DNA from: Mytilus edulis
Taxonomy: Eukaryota
Assembly: GCF_963676685.1 (NCBI RefSeq)
Contig: NC_092351.1
Coordinates: forward strand, 39,556,001 to 39,620,000
Direction: 5' to 3'
Length of the DNA stretch: 64,000 nucleotides
Part shown: in pieces, positions 11,530 to 25,100 of the stretch
Layout: each line of letters opens with the position of its first letter
How positions within the stretch are numbered: the stretch's first letter is position 1
The notes under the pieces: model-generated
Seen by the model: the letters and a program-made list of their open reading frames with translations, nothing else
What the model was told of the DNA's origin: nothing
Databases searched by the model: none
Position numbers and translations under genes: made by a program

Positions 11530-14500
11530 GACAGGACAGGGGTTTTAAGTAAAAAAACCTAGTAGTAGCTCCCTTTATTAATGGTTTCATTGTGTTTTTT
11601 TTATTCAACAGATATGATCAGATATGGTTACACTTCTCAATGTTGTACTTTTTTCAACCTCTCCTTTAAAAAAAATCCTATATCTGTTAAAAAAATCCAT
11701 AAAAAGTCTGAAATCCCCAAACTACCAGGTTCTCGAAAAGGTACTAAAAAAATCACCAATTTTACCAAACTGGACATTAATCATAAAATGGGCAATACCT
11801 TACTTATATAAAATTTGTGTAATCAATATAAAGTTGAATTTTAACATTGAACTAGAAAAAAATCGAAATCTCGCGAAATCATTACCATTTGTGTACTTAT
11901 CAATAAGACGTTACCCTCCCCTCAGTGATAGTTTCTCATTATTATCACAATATTAGCTGTTAATGTACACTTTTTCGCATACAAGACAGTTTTATTCATC
12001 AGAAAATGCTGCGTTTGAACAGACAGCTACGATCATCTTAAATAAAAGTTATGTTCATCGTTGATAAAATAAAATAAAAGTTAAGATCATCATGCATCGT
12101 GATTTTTTGTATCTCGATTTTCATTCTTCTTGTTACTTTTCCATCATACACGAACAAATATTTTAATGTCAATGCTTATAAATATGTTTCTTAATTGCAG
12201 TTACGATCATCACGTTGACACCAGTGATATTTTTTCCAACGGGAACACATATGGCAATCGGTTTTTAAAGTCATATGAAACGAGTGACCGGCGAAAAAAA
12301 TCTTATTTCAACTCTTGAACCAGTGCATACAAACATTATAAACTTAGTCTTCTGTGCAAGATTGTATCATTTTTTTCGCATAAATTTCGTATAATCGTCA
12401 ATTTTTTTTTTCAATCGGTCAGTGTTGTTGTGAAAATATGGCAGGTTATTAAAGTTCGTGTTTTGAATCCGAAGTTTAACGATTGTCACCTGTTTGTCAA
12501 CAATCAACAAAAAAGCATGGATATTGAGCACGTGTTTACATGCACAATCAGATAATAGTTTATATTAAGGACATCCATACGTATTGCGATCACCGGATTT
12601 TTACGAGATGGGTCACACTGAGGTCACTTTGCATACGGAAAATATGTCGGGGGAAGCAATTAAAATAAAGTAAACTTCTTCTAAATATGAACAAATCAAA
12701 GAATTTTCTTATAATGAAAACTATTCATTGAGTTATGAAAAAAAACAAATGCATTATTTTTTTTTAATTTGAGGTTTCTTATGACTTTAAACAAAGTTTC
12801 AAGAGGAATTTTATCAGGCGGAACAAATAATAAATATAACGTCATGGTATTTGACCGATTTGAATATCATATATTTTCAATTTCGGGTTTCAATTAAACC
12901 TTGCATAATATATTCATATTTATCATTAATACCGATTGTTGTTTTCTAGTTGCTAACCGACATTGTATAATAAATATTCATGTTATCTTTGAAACAGTCG
13001 AACATCATAATTTCATAGGAAAAGGAGGGGGGGGGGGGGGGCTCTATAGTCTATTCTGCATGAATGTTAATTAAAATCCTTTGACTGCATGTATGGTAGA
13101 GAGTTCAACAGGTCATGCTCAGCAACAAATAAAAGTTTAAAAAAAATAACTTACTGTGAACTAGTAGTATAGTACTCTCATTTCCTTTTTTTTTGCATTT
13201 AAAAGTACAAACACAAACTACATGGATTTCTTATATTTTTTTTTGTCTTCGCCGATTTTAATTTCGTGTATTTAGTTATAATAAACCTCAATATGATTCT
13301 ACAATATCAGCTTGGCAATGTTTGGCATGTACATAAATCTGAGAAAAAAAATCTGTTTGCCGTAATTTGTTAATATTCCCATATATATTTTTTCAAAGAA
13401 CTTAGCCACTTTTGAATCCTAATTTCGCGTGACATTAGTTGCTAGGATGTCTTGTTAGAACACATGCATGGATCCAAACATTTTGAAAAGGGACCCCGGG
13501 GATCTCAGCCACCAGAACACCATGAAACGCTCGCATACTAAAACTTACAAAAAAGTCGATTGTTTTGGTTCCAACCTGCGGAACACTCCCGGCATCCACC
13601 AATGGGACATCTGATCTCCATCTTCCGGACGTTAAATCATTTTCGGAAAACTGAAAACTCATGATGGCACATGGAATAGGTCTTGGCATTTCAGTTATAT
13701 ATTAAACATCGCACGATAAATTTGTATTTGACAAACCAAATTCAGAAATTAGAAAAAAACACCATCAAGAACCTATTTATCAAACTGTTCATCTACAACG
13801 GGATGTATTTGGCGGTGATATCTTTATTAGAAACACTGAAGATTAAAACTTTACAAAGCCACATTCAGGACACATTTGTGTGTTTGCTCAGCTGTGTATC
13901 TGTCACGCAGTGTTGTCATTTGAGCGATATATATTTTTTTTTAACTTTTACTTATTTGTAGATCACTTAAGCTTTTTTCTGGTAATTTTTTTCTGTGTTC
14001 AAATTCTGACTGTCTACGTAACGCAAGGAGTTGACAGTCGATTTTGGAGATGTTGAATCATTTTAAAATCATTTCCATGCAGACCTGTTGATCAATTTTG
14101 CTGTTAACAGTTTTAACCTATCTACTAAAAATTTCTGCAAAACTAAAAAGTGGATGCACAATCTATTTTGTGGGCGAATAATCATATACCGTAATAAATA
14201 GCAGAACAATTCGGTCATGTTGAATTATATATAGAACACGTGCTCCGGATTATCACGGCTTTTCTCATCAACTGGTGAACAATTTGGGGGAACACAATTT
14301 AGGACAACAACTCCTATAAAAAGTCGTCCAAAGTGACTTTTAAAATGGTTGGTAGACAGATCTTCGTATTCTGAACATTTCAGTCCTGATTTTCTCTATC
14401 CAGAACGGTTTACGACATAGAAAACAATACTTGCATTTCATCCCCTTTTCATATTTTTATTCGCCCGTTATAAAGGACACCGCTGCCCGTTTGCCGTCCA

Positions 14501-14726
14501 TCGTCACCATGTCGGACAATTACTCTAAATGTAACATCATTTTTTTTTATATCAAACTTTGATTAATTGTTTATATCTTTTGACTTAAAGCTTCGATTCT
14601 ATTTTTATGAATTTCAGATTTTACGTTTCGGAGTTATTTGTATTCATAAAAACAGGGAGTTGAGGATTTGCTAGTTTTTGGACTTTGGTTACTGGTTTAT
14701 ATCTATCAAGATAAGCCCCTTTTATA

Positions 14727-15612
14727 ATATATAGAGAATAATACATGGCAAAATCCGTATCATATGTCGTATCATCCCGAGACATCAATATCAGCCCAAG
14801 GGCCTTTAGGCCCGAGGGATGATATTGGTCGAGGGTGATACGGCATGTGATACGGATTTTGCCATGTATTATACACTTTATCATATATTTCAACAGAAGA
14901 GTATTATATTATATGAACTGTTTTCTGATCCATAGCTATGGGTTACCTTCAGTTCTACTTTTGTCTTGTTTCAAAGGCCTTAAAAGAACTGCTCAATTAC
15001 TTATCCGAAGCACCTTGGTTACCTTACAATTTGCGTGCTGTTGTTTTAAAAATATTTTGTTTATTATTGTATTAATTTGTGTGTTTTGTATTTTTCATAG
15101 TTGCATTTAGTGTGCCAAAAAAATGAAAACTTGACGTTCGTGACGTCACATACAATATGAAAACTCATCGTTCGTGACGTCACATACCAAACAATGACGT
15201 CATTCAAAAAATTTACCTATTTTGAGGAAAATTTTTCTTAAGCAAAAAAAAAACCAAAACTGACATTATGTAAAAAAAAAAAAAAAAAAAAAGTAGGGGT
15301 GTGATAAAGGGTAGGGGTGTGATAAAGGGTATGCGATAAAGGGTAGGGTTGTGATAAAGGGTATGCGATAAAGGGTGCGCATCAAAGTTGCGCGATATGG
15401 ATTAAACAGCAGGCTATTTATCACATATGCAAAACTACTGTATTTACTACTAAACATATGATAAAGATCTTTTTAAAACAACAGCACGCAAATTGTAAGG
15501 TAACCCAGGTGCTTAAAGTGATCTACAAATAAGTAAAGGCCCTTGGGCTGATATTGATGTCTCGGGATGATACGACATATGATACGGATTTTGCCATGTA
15601 TTATTCTCTATT
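14727..15612. mobile_element. Foldback element with ~80-bp TIRs, nested inverted repeats and an internal 19-bp tandem repeat
   Basis: 14730-14807 is the reverse complement of 15534-15610; 15008-15052 is inverted against 15470-15514; gataaagggta repeats at 15290-15375. Confidence 0.8.
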
Positions 15613-16011
15613 TAATATATATCATAAAGGAGTTATGAAACTTTTTCAATGAAAAGCGACAGGGGATCATGAGCTAATTGCGCATTTCTATATCATGCTG
15701 AATTATCACACGTATTTTTCAAAACAGACAATAAATAAAACTTATGCGTGTACTGAATTTTGATGACAACTATTTGACTTGTAATACTGTTGCATGATGA
15801 TATTATTACAAAAGGAAAAAAATATTAATAGAAATGTTTGCCAACAAGTACCGATTTGAAGATGAGAGAACATTCCTGTCAATGAAACATATCTAAAGAT
15901 ACTCAAACAAGTAAAATAACAAAAACACAGAACTGACAAAAGCCCAAACGCATTATAAAAACGAATTGAATCAACTGCCATTTCAAGACTTGGTACAGTC
16001 ATTTGATTCGA

Positions 16012-16055
16012 GCGTCACTGATGAGTCTTTTGTAGACGAAACGCGTGTCTGGCGT
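16012..16055 (+). ncRNA. Minimal type I hammerhead ribozyme (retrozyme/Penelope-type)
   Basis: GCGTCA-CTGATGA-GTC ttttgta GAC-GAA-AC gcgt GT-C|TGGCGT: intact core CUGAUGA/GAAA, stems I-III, GUC cleavage triplet. Confidence 0.85.
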
Positions 16056-17318
16056 ATATATAAAATTTAGTCCTGGTATCTATGATGAGTTTATTTCCGT
16101 ACGTAGTAAATGGTGGAGTAAAGCTGGTTTTATAACTGGTCAAACCTCTCATTTGTATAACAGTCGCATACAATCAGTATTTTGACAACAATATGTAAAC
16201 AGTTGTCTCATTGGCAATCATACCACATCTTCTTTTTTATATAAAACAAACATACAAGATAAAAACACAAAAAATTGGGGTAAATCAGTCAGCATTGTAA
16301 TATCATCTTAGCCACTATAAAAACAAACAAATATGCAAACAAAGAAAAAACAAAATGGCATTCAGACAAATCACATACGCAAAAATGAAAGACAAGAATA
16401 TAAAAAATTACCATAGCACCATAAAACAACAAGTGTATTTACTGTAAATTCTTTGGTGGATCATGTTCAGTTTGTTTTGTTATGGAAGTATTTTTATTTA
16501 CTTTTCAAGTTTTTAATTTTATAATTTAGCTTGCGTTCAAGGAAAACTACTAGATGAACTGAAAGTTGGAACAGAGTGAACAAGAGATGTTATGGTAAGA
16601 TCAGTATGGAGGAAATAGCCGTCTACTCAAAGGGGAGAAAAAGCAACATTGATAGACGTGTGATTTGATGAACAATAATAAATTCAATTTATATATTATA
16701 ACCGTTTCAAGGGTAAAAAATAGATGAAATTGTCGAAATTAAACTTTTATATTCATATCAATATTGTGGAACAGAGCCTGCTCTCCCTTCCGGAGCAACT
16801 GAGATCACCGATTTTTGGTGGGGTCTATGTTGTGTTTTGCATGCTGATGTTTGTCTTTTGTTCTTTTTCGGTTTTTTGCCATGTCGTTGTCAGTTTATTT
16901 TCGAGGTATGAGCTTCATTGTCCCTTTGGTATTTTTCGACTCTCTTTTACAAACATCTGAATGCTTTTCTTTTAAATATAGGAAAACCGTGAACCAAAAC
17001 CCCACGGAAAAGAGAAAAAAAAAAGTGAATTGAAATTCTGACCTCTCAGTTGCTATAGGTGGGGATATCTGTGATCACTTGACCACATCTAGAGTTTAAA
17101 TAGTATTAAATAAATATTCAATTTCTGAAAAGTTATTTTACTGATACGAAAGAATTATAAAAATTCCTTCTTGAAATCAAAATTGACAATCTATAGTTTA
17201 TATTATAATGTTGTAAAGTGACATTCATTTATTAAAGAACAATGTTGTTATGTTTCCATTGTATGATTTCATTTTCCTTTCCTCTTTTTTTTTTTAAAAT
17301 CATTGCAAGTTTCATAGT

Positions 17319-18316
17319 TCATACTTCATGAAGTATTTTGACAATTCCATTAGATGAATGGGTTGTGATCATTTGTCTCTGCTTTGGATTGTATCGTATC
17401 GAGGTACAATCCTTGAAGAATGGGTCTTGATCTTTATTTAAAGTTTTGAACTGTTTCCCATTAGATGACACATGTTGTACAGAATCATCTGTACAGAGAA
17501 CATACAGACTACCATCTTGTAGTGTAGTTATTGAACAAGGTATTGATGGTAATGGTATATTTTTTATGTTGTCTTTGGTGAAGCTATACCAGTACAATTC
17601 TTTATTTTCATTTGAAGTTTGTTCTCTGTAGAATATTTTGTCTCCTGCAGCGTGCGAACAGATTGGTTGTCCACCTGTTTTTATTATCTTAGCTGTCTCT
17701 CCTGTGTTATAATCAACAAGCAGTAGTCTGCAGATACCACCTACTACTAAAATGTTGTTTATCATTGCAATACCACAATAAGGCTCCATTCCAGGTACTG
17801 ATATGGATTTAAGTTTGTGCTTGTTGTTTATGTCAAACATGTCTATATAGTTAATATTGTACCAAGTGCTGACCATAACTGCGACTGTAGAGTTGTTGAT
17901 TGGTGTAACACAATATGAGCCATCATTGACTGGTATTCTTGTTAACTGTGATCCATCTCAGGGGCGGATGCAGGAATTTTCGAAAGGGGGGTGCTAACCC
18001 AGGGCACCCAGGGCAAAGGGGGGGGGGGGGGGGGGTGCAAAACATATGTCCCGATACAAATGCATTGATCGGCAAAAATAAAGGGGGGGGGGGTGCGCAC
18101 CCCCGGAACCCCCCCCCCCCCCCGCTGGATCCGCCACTGCATCTATGTTACAGATCAGCAAATTGCAATCGTGCAGCACGCATATCATCACCAGTCGACC
18201 ATCATCCATCATCACCACACCGAATATAATTTCAATCGGTCTTATATTGAGTAGTAAATTCAGATAAATCTGACAATGTTGATAGAAGATATCTTGTCCA
18301 AGTTTGTCTTTTATGT
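17319..18316 (-). pseudogene. Terminal exon encoding an NHL-like beta-propeller of the HEPN gene, interrupted by a MITE
   Basis: Acceptor tttcatag| before 18316. Removing 17959-18139 plus one TSD gives a continuous ORF ...MMDDGRLVMIC...LLICNIDGSQLTRIPVNDGSYCVTPINNSTVAVMVS...TTLQDGSLYV...VKILHEV*. As assembled, the insertion brings an in-frame TAG at 17994. Confidence 0.8.
17959..18139. mobile_element. 181-bp MITE, TIR CAG(G/T)GGCGGAT(G/C)CAG, 5-bp TSD CATCT
   Basis: caggggcggatgcagg ... ctggatccgccactg; CATCT at 17954-17958 and 18140-18144. Confidence 0.9.
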
Positions 18317-18449
18317 CTATGAAATATAGAAATAAACATGGTCATCAAATTATTACATCAGGAAATGTTTTTTGGTTGTATCCAGTAATCAAAGTAATCG
18401 ATATGTAATTTAAAATCAGCAGATTATTTTTAATTTATTCATCTCTGTA

Positions 18450-18555
18450 AATAAACTCATCATAGATACCAGGACTAAATTTTATATATACGCCAGACGC
18501 GCGTTTCGACTAGAAAAGATTCATCAGTTCATCAGTGACGCTCGAATCCAAAAAA

Positions 18556-18588
<33 letters not shown>

Positions 18589-18740
18589 CAAATAAAGTAC
18601 GAAGTTGTAGAGCATTGAGATCCAAAATTCCTAAAAGTGTTGCCAAATACAGCTAAGGTAATCTATGCCTGAGGTAGAAAATCCTTAGTATTTCAAAAAA
18701 TTCAATATTTTGTAAACAGTTAATTTATAGATATAACATA
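18450..18740 (-). repeat. Retrozyme-like repeat with degenerate hammerhead (duplicated CTGATGAA)
   Basis: Reverse complement of 18490-18544 reads cgagcgtca ctgatgaactgatga atc...gtc gaaacgcgcgtc tggcgt; flanks match 16005-16078 and 37230-37430. Confidence 0.75.
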
Positions 18741-20330
18741 AATTACTGTAAAGTAGATTCGTTTTGCATGGACATTTTTGGGCCTTTTGCATGAACATTG
18801 TTGATTTAATTTTGGTGAATTAAATTTGGGCACTCTGTCTGTCAATACAGATTTAAATTTTTACAGATGACTGGTTTAATTGCAAAATAGAAATGGATTA
18901 AAAGCATTGAGACTAATGGTAGTCATAGTAACATTCTAAATATGACAACTTACAAAAAATAAAAAAAAACCCAAATAATAGCAAAAATAATAATGTGAAA
19001 GTTTTCTTCGAAAAAGTAGATAAACTTCATTGTAGTATTTTAACATGATAAATGCAGGTAGATCAAATTAAGTTTATTTTTTATATGTTTTTTTACAATA
19101 ATCAAATGGCCTAGTAACCCGGAAAGATAACTGAAATGTAATAATATCTGATGTACTGATCCTATTGATAATATATAATTAAATTGTTTTAGAGTTATTG
19201 CTATTTCCAATGAAATTAAATCATATCACATGTAATATCCTGTCTATTTTGTATGAGGATCAGAATTTATTGTGATGTTTTGAAATATGCAACAGGGTTA
19301 TAATCTCAATCAATAAAACTCGCATTCTGAAATTTTATATATATATCAAACAGGAACTTTTCTGAATATCGCAAACATTAGAATCGCATTTCAGTGTAAA
19401 TTCATCTGTTTATTTATAGGTGTTATTATTAATGTTTTAATCATGACTACAGCTGAACAATTACATCCATCTTTTTGGTAAATGCTTAATCTTATTTGTA
19501 GTGTTTTAGTTAGTCCATTTCATTTAAACCACAAAAGATGACTTTAGCCAAAAGCAAAATCACGAACATACTGAAAATTTTAAAAAGAGTCCCTAATCAA
19601 ATGACAAAATCAATAGCTCAAATACATCACACGAATGGATAACAACTGTCATAATCCTGACTTGATACAGTCATTTTCTTATGTAGAAAATTGTGGGTTA
19701 AATCTGGTTATAATGCTAGCTAAACCACTCATTTGTATGACAACATATCCTGCTAATGTATGGTATCTATCAATACACTGAGGATATGAACAAAATCAAA
19801 ATTGAAGGATGTTTGTTGTGACAATTTACGGTAAACCTGTTGACCTTGTTCACTCTTTTTTTCTAGCAGTACTAACCTATTGCTTCATTTCTAAGGTTAT
19901 TCAATAGTTTCTGTAAAATATAGTAAATTATATACAGTAAGAAAAGTTTTATTTAGTTGTTTCTATATATATTAATGAAATCAGATTTTGCTTTGAAGTA
20001 GAATAATGATTTCTTGATTTGTAATTGGTTATAAACTCTTATAGACATATCACAAGATCTATTTTTAATCATCTTTACACTATGATCATATCTTAACCTG
20101 TGGATGATTGAAAGCAGATAAGACTCCATATTTGGTTTTGTAATTGTTATCCTCTTCACCTGCTACATACTTGCCATATAAAAATAGTTACTGCAGATGC
20201 CATATATAAAAACATGTTTTGTCATGGACCTTCTTTAAAATCTTTCTTTTTAAATTGGTAAATTAGAAATGGATTGCATATTAAAAAAGCTAAAATGTGT
20301 TGAGAATAAGCATATAAAATAGACATATAT

Positions 20331-20442
20331 CTTCAATAATGACAATATGAATATCAATTCCATGAACAGTTGCACCAATTCCTTGAATTGAGCTATCAAT
20401 ACCATGTACAGATGAGCCTATTTCCTGAATTGTAATGTCCAT
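20331..20442 (-). CDS. Middle exon of the HEPN gene (heptad-like linker MDITIQEIGSSVHGIDSSIQGIGATVHGIDIHIVIIE)
   Basis: Acceptor ttttacag|, phase 0 matching the upstream exon, 7/14-aa periodicity. Donor is non-canonical (G|atatat) or a weak GT 6 nt further; both are phase 1, matching the 18316 exon. Confidence 0.65.
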
Positions 20443-21540
20443 CTGTAAAAAAGAATATGGATTAAAATCGTCAAAGTTCCAAACTACATAAACAAGTTGT
20501 TAAAGCAAAAGATCGAATAGGTCGCTATCATTATTATTATATGTATATCAAAATTTGTAGGCAACAAATTTTCCCGTCACGTTAATTAGACATGTTTCTA
20601 TTTGAATTAACCAACTGAACTTAACCGTTTGTTCTGCTTCAGAGAACTTAAGAATTTACATATACAATCTATGGATTTATTAAATCTTGGCAAACAAATG
20701 AATTTCCATGGAATTTCATGGTTTGAAACCAAGACACCATGATATTAGTAAGTAAATAAGTAATATTACAGACAAAAGGTTACTGTCAACTACATGATCA
20801 AAATTGAAATTGCAATATACTGTTTATTAAGCTATTCATATATATAACACTACACGCCGATGTCGAAATCCTTTCACCGTATACTTAGCCAGCTTTCTAG
20901 GATGTTTTTTTTTTTTTTTTTTATCAAAAAGAAAATCTTTTCATTGTCATATTTAGTAATTATTGACTAGAAAAGATATTATTAAAAGTACTTTCTCTAA
21001 AGTCATTATACAACGAGCAGTGGAGAATAAAGTGGCACTCATCTGCTTAGAGTTTTTTTAGTCTGTTTTCCGGCTTTTGTATATTCCGAAGGCATACTGA
21101 AGATTTTACGGAGGGGACCAACCTAGAGTTTCTATAACAAAACTTACATATACGTTCATTCGGTTGATCACCGTTATATATACCCGCCTATTAAATTTAA
21201 CATACAGTGGAATAACATTAATAAGTGTCTTGTTTCTTTGTTCTATAATATGAATACTATTAATTTTTATTTGTGAAATTCAATGGCGTATGCAAGATAT
21301 CTCCCATATGGAGAAATTAACTGACCTTCATCGAGTTTTTGACAAACTACATCCTCAATTGAATTATTCTCTTTTGCAGAATTTCATTGTCTGAACACCA
21401 AAATGAAAAATCGAAAGGTCTTAATGTTGAAAACACAATGATTTGTTGTATATCAGATTATATTCACCGGGTTTAAAGTTTATGGATTCATGATAAAGTG
21501 TTTTATATTTGAACTTTTATTTGGAGAAAAAAAATCTTAC

Positions 21541-22173
21541 TTCATTTAGTTTCTTGTGAATATTCAAAAGATCTATTATACTGTATTTTCTACAGAGTCC
21601 TTCATCAAGTAGTCTGTTCTCTATTCTCATAAGGTCATCTTGTTTATTTGGATCTAGTTGTTGGACAAAACTAATCAGGTCTGTCCACAGGCTTTTATAT
21701 TCAGTTTCAATTATTGCACCCTGCGTGTTGTGGCTTAGGTATTCATTCTTATAGCGACGTAAGATGAGTACAGCATTTTTCTCAGTTGATCCAAGATAAC
21801 AGCAGTTAAGTAATATTAAACCTGCCATAGTTATGTCAAGTTCTTTAAGCTGGACGGGGTTTGCTTTGAACTTGCAATGGCAGTTGTGACCACGTTGTCC
21901 TGGATTCTCAGTGTACAGTTGATTCCATTGAATATACATCAGAGGAAGTTTAGAGTTGTTGACACAGTTAGATATGTCTTTACAGCATTTAGCATTTCTG
22001 TGTCGTAAGTGAAACAGTATGTGTATTACTTGTTGAGTGTTTAGAAAATCTTGAAAAGACCCCAGACCTTTACTTGTGTAGTCATTTTCTAGCCTAGTTC
22101 TGAACAATGGTTGAACAACCTCCAAAAATACTGATCCTACAATAAAGTACCTTCGACGATCTTCAATATCCAT
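21541..22173 (-). CDS. DZIP3/hRUL138-like HEPN domain exon (first coding exon)
   Basis: 211 codons between ttacag|gATG and GAA|gtaaga. RRYFIVGSVFLEVVQPLFR...QWNQLY...ELDITMAGLILLNCC...VLILRRYKNEYLSH...EYKSLWTDL...IENRLLD matches the DZIP3-type HEPN pattern common in bivalves. Confidence 0.8.
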
Positions 22174-25100
22174 CCTGTAAGTTAAAAAAACAACAACTGT
22201 TATAACTGATTTGAAATAAACATGATCGCGTATATATTTTATCTTGGCTGGTTTTTTTTTTAATGTATTCATGTACAATATGTAATGGACTTCATACTCA
22301 ATAAATTGTATACCCCTTAGAGGCTGTATTAATGCCAGTTGACATAGAAATCCGTTATGGTGTGCCATTGACCTTTTTCTTTAAAAAATGACCCATCGTT
22401 TATACTAAGACGACACTACATGTGTGTCTTCTCGTGTAGGCATCCTTCTGTCCCATATCAGGTCAAAGTGTTGGTTAACGCTGTTTTTACCAAGAATTGG
22501 AGTGAATGCTTTATATTTTGAAACTTAGTTAAAACTCGCCCAATTTGAACATGTTCACCATGATATGATTTTTTTAAAATTCAACTATGGTTTTAATTTC
22601 GATTTTCAGGTTTACTCAAAATGTGAAAGTGGTAGTCTGGCATGGTGTCCTATAAACTCATATTTTTATTGTAAAAAGTGATGTTCAGTTCCACATGAAA
22701 TGATAATTGACAAAAAACGGGGATTTGTCATAGATGCCCACATCACATTAACTGACGATCTGGCATAGCAGTCCAAGAAAAAACGTGTGGGAGATGTCTA
22801 TCGGTTGACATCACTGAAACAAGAGCTTGGAAAAGAAAAAAATCACCAAAATAAGTGATGACGTAGTGCAAACATATGATGTTGAAAACTGATAAGAAAT
22901 CACATAGACTCCTCAGTAACAAAACTTTTAAAGTGAAAGTAATTTTTTTTTTTAAATGTTTTCGGTTTTGTCATCATTTTAGGTGTTGTTTCAGTTTAAA
23001 TTTCATCGTTCAAAAATCATTGAATGGTATAATGTCACACATCTTTTACCTTTTGAATTGAATTAGTTCATGTTATTTTTTTAACAGATGTAATCAAACA
23101 TTCTCACCCAGGTACGGATCCATTTATTGGAAATACCCTTTGCTATTTATATTTAAAACCACATTATGTTATTTAAATACCACATCATACCTAGTATTTT
23201 TAAACTATCATTTCTTATTTAACCGAACTTTGATTAAATATTGAAAATATATTGAAACACATTTATCGACACGATCAAAGATAAATGTTATATTTATGTA
23301 TATTTATAACAGCATGTAAAAGTGGATATCATTAACATTTATAAAATTATAAGGTGAAAAATTGTGCTGGTTTTAATCAGACTGAAGAAGGCCTTGTAAA
23401 GAAATTTCAGGGCTGTATAGCCAGTCAAGGTCGTTAAAAACTTCCATTTGTTTGAAAGCACATATAATTTTTCTAAGAGTAGGAGAAAAAAAATTACATA
23501 AATTCTACTCCCTTTTTGACATAAGAAAATGCATGTACTAAAAGTTATCAGAGGTACCAGGCTTATAATTTGACAGTTGTTGACCTTTCGTTTGATGTTT
23601 TAGAGCCTTGGATTTTCCATTTGATTTTGGACTTTCCGTTTTGAATTTTCCTCTTCTTTTTGTCAGTCTGTCCACGTGTCCTTCTATATTTTCCAATACA
23701 TAGACTAAGGTGTTGGGACATGATACATTTTTAGTGAGTGTTTTATTTCAAAGATACAGAATTTTTATATTTCGATTACAAAAATACCTATATGTTCTTT
23801 ACTTATCTAGAAATTCCATGTTACAAATTAATTATTAATGATTTCATAGTTACAATTTGAAATTAAGAAATTAAATTGAACATATAAAGAAATATCGTTT
23901 CACAAATTAATAAACGTAAAATGTCATGTAATAAAAAAAGAAAATGGGTTAACAAGTTAAGAAATTGCATTAACATATTAAGAAGTTACATTTCACAAAT
24001 CAAGAATTATAGTAATTCATGTAACGGATGGTCATGTTACAAATTGAAAAACAAATTTTACATATTAAGAAATTGTATTTTTACAGATTAAGAAAATGCC
24101 ATTTACAAATTAGGATGTGTATAGATATGTTATCTTCGTTTTTTTTTTTTATGGATTGAGGAAATCTGGTATTTTCGTAGATTAACCAAAATCTGTATAG
24201 GAAATGTTTGATTTGTTGAAAATTAGAATTCATGGTTAACCTTTTTCCAACGAACTTTGGTATCCCACAAATGATAATGAACCCACAGACCAAAAAAATA
24301 AATCATGGCATTCCTCATTTCTAAATAGTTCCATTCACCTACATCATATTTCCTTAAAATTTGTTACCTTTAATTTTATCGAAACACATCAGAATAAATT
24401 TCTAGTACTTAAAACATGTTATTTTTTCCCAATTTGCAGTTGTCAGAGTCAATAAGTTAAAACAATTTTATAAACTAAAGGATTATTTTAAAGGGTCATT
24501 AACTACGATTTACATAAAAACTCAAAGTACGATTAATGAGATTTTTAGTATAAAACTTTGATATACCGTTGATAATTTTTAAAGTATCAATAAAAGGGGA
24601 ATTTAGAAATTTTATTTTAGGCAGTTAACTTGGCCCTCTATTTTCTTATTTTTCAAATTTTGTTTTGGAAAGTTACTTATCATGTTAAAATATTCTCTGA
24701 GGTTTGAAGTTTGTTTGGATGAACTTCAAATCATCAATTTCAGCAACTGGGTGAGGTGAAAATTTACACAATAAGTAAACCCGACAAGTCAACGCGTGCT
24801 CACTTTCGAGTGCACATACAAATCGCTTATGAGTTCTGTAGTAAGGGATAACGATAGCCTTTTTAGAATTTGTCCTACTTTCTAACACTGCCAAAAATTC
24901 TACATACACAGTTAATATAATTACTTTCATAATACTAATCAGACATGAATTTGAATATATATCATGACCGTTTACTTTTTTGCTATCTTTAAAAAACATA
25001 AGGCCACTAATATATTGCTGAAAACTAAACAGAGACAAATGTTTTATCATACTCTTCCACTGGGTTTCCAGAAAACGTTCTTTTAAAGGCAATCGTACTG

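Noticed and set aside
17939-18229. Gly/Pro-rich ORFs
   Set aside because: Produced by G/C homopolymers of the MITE.
22174-22368. N-terminal extension of the 283-aa ORF in the ORF track
   Set aside because: A polypyrimidine/cag acceptor immediately precedes ATG 22173, so the upstream part is likely intron.
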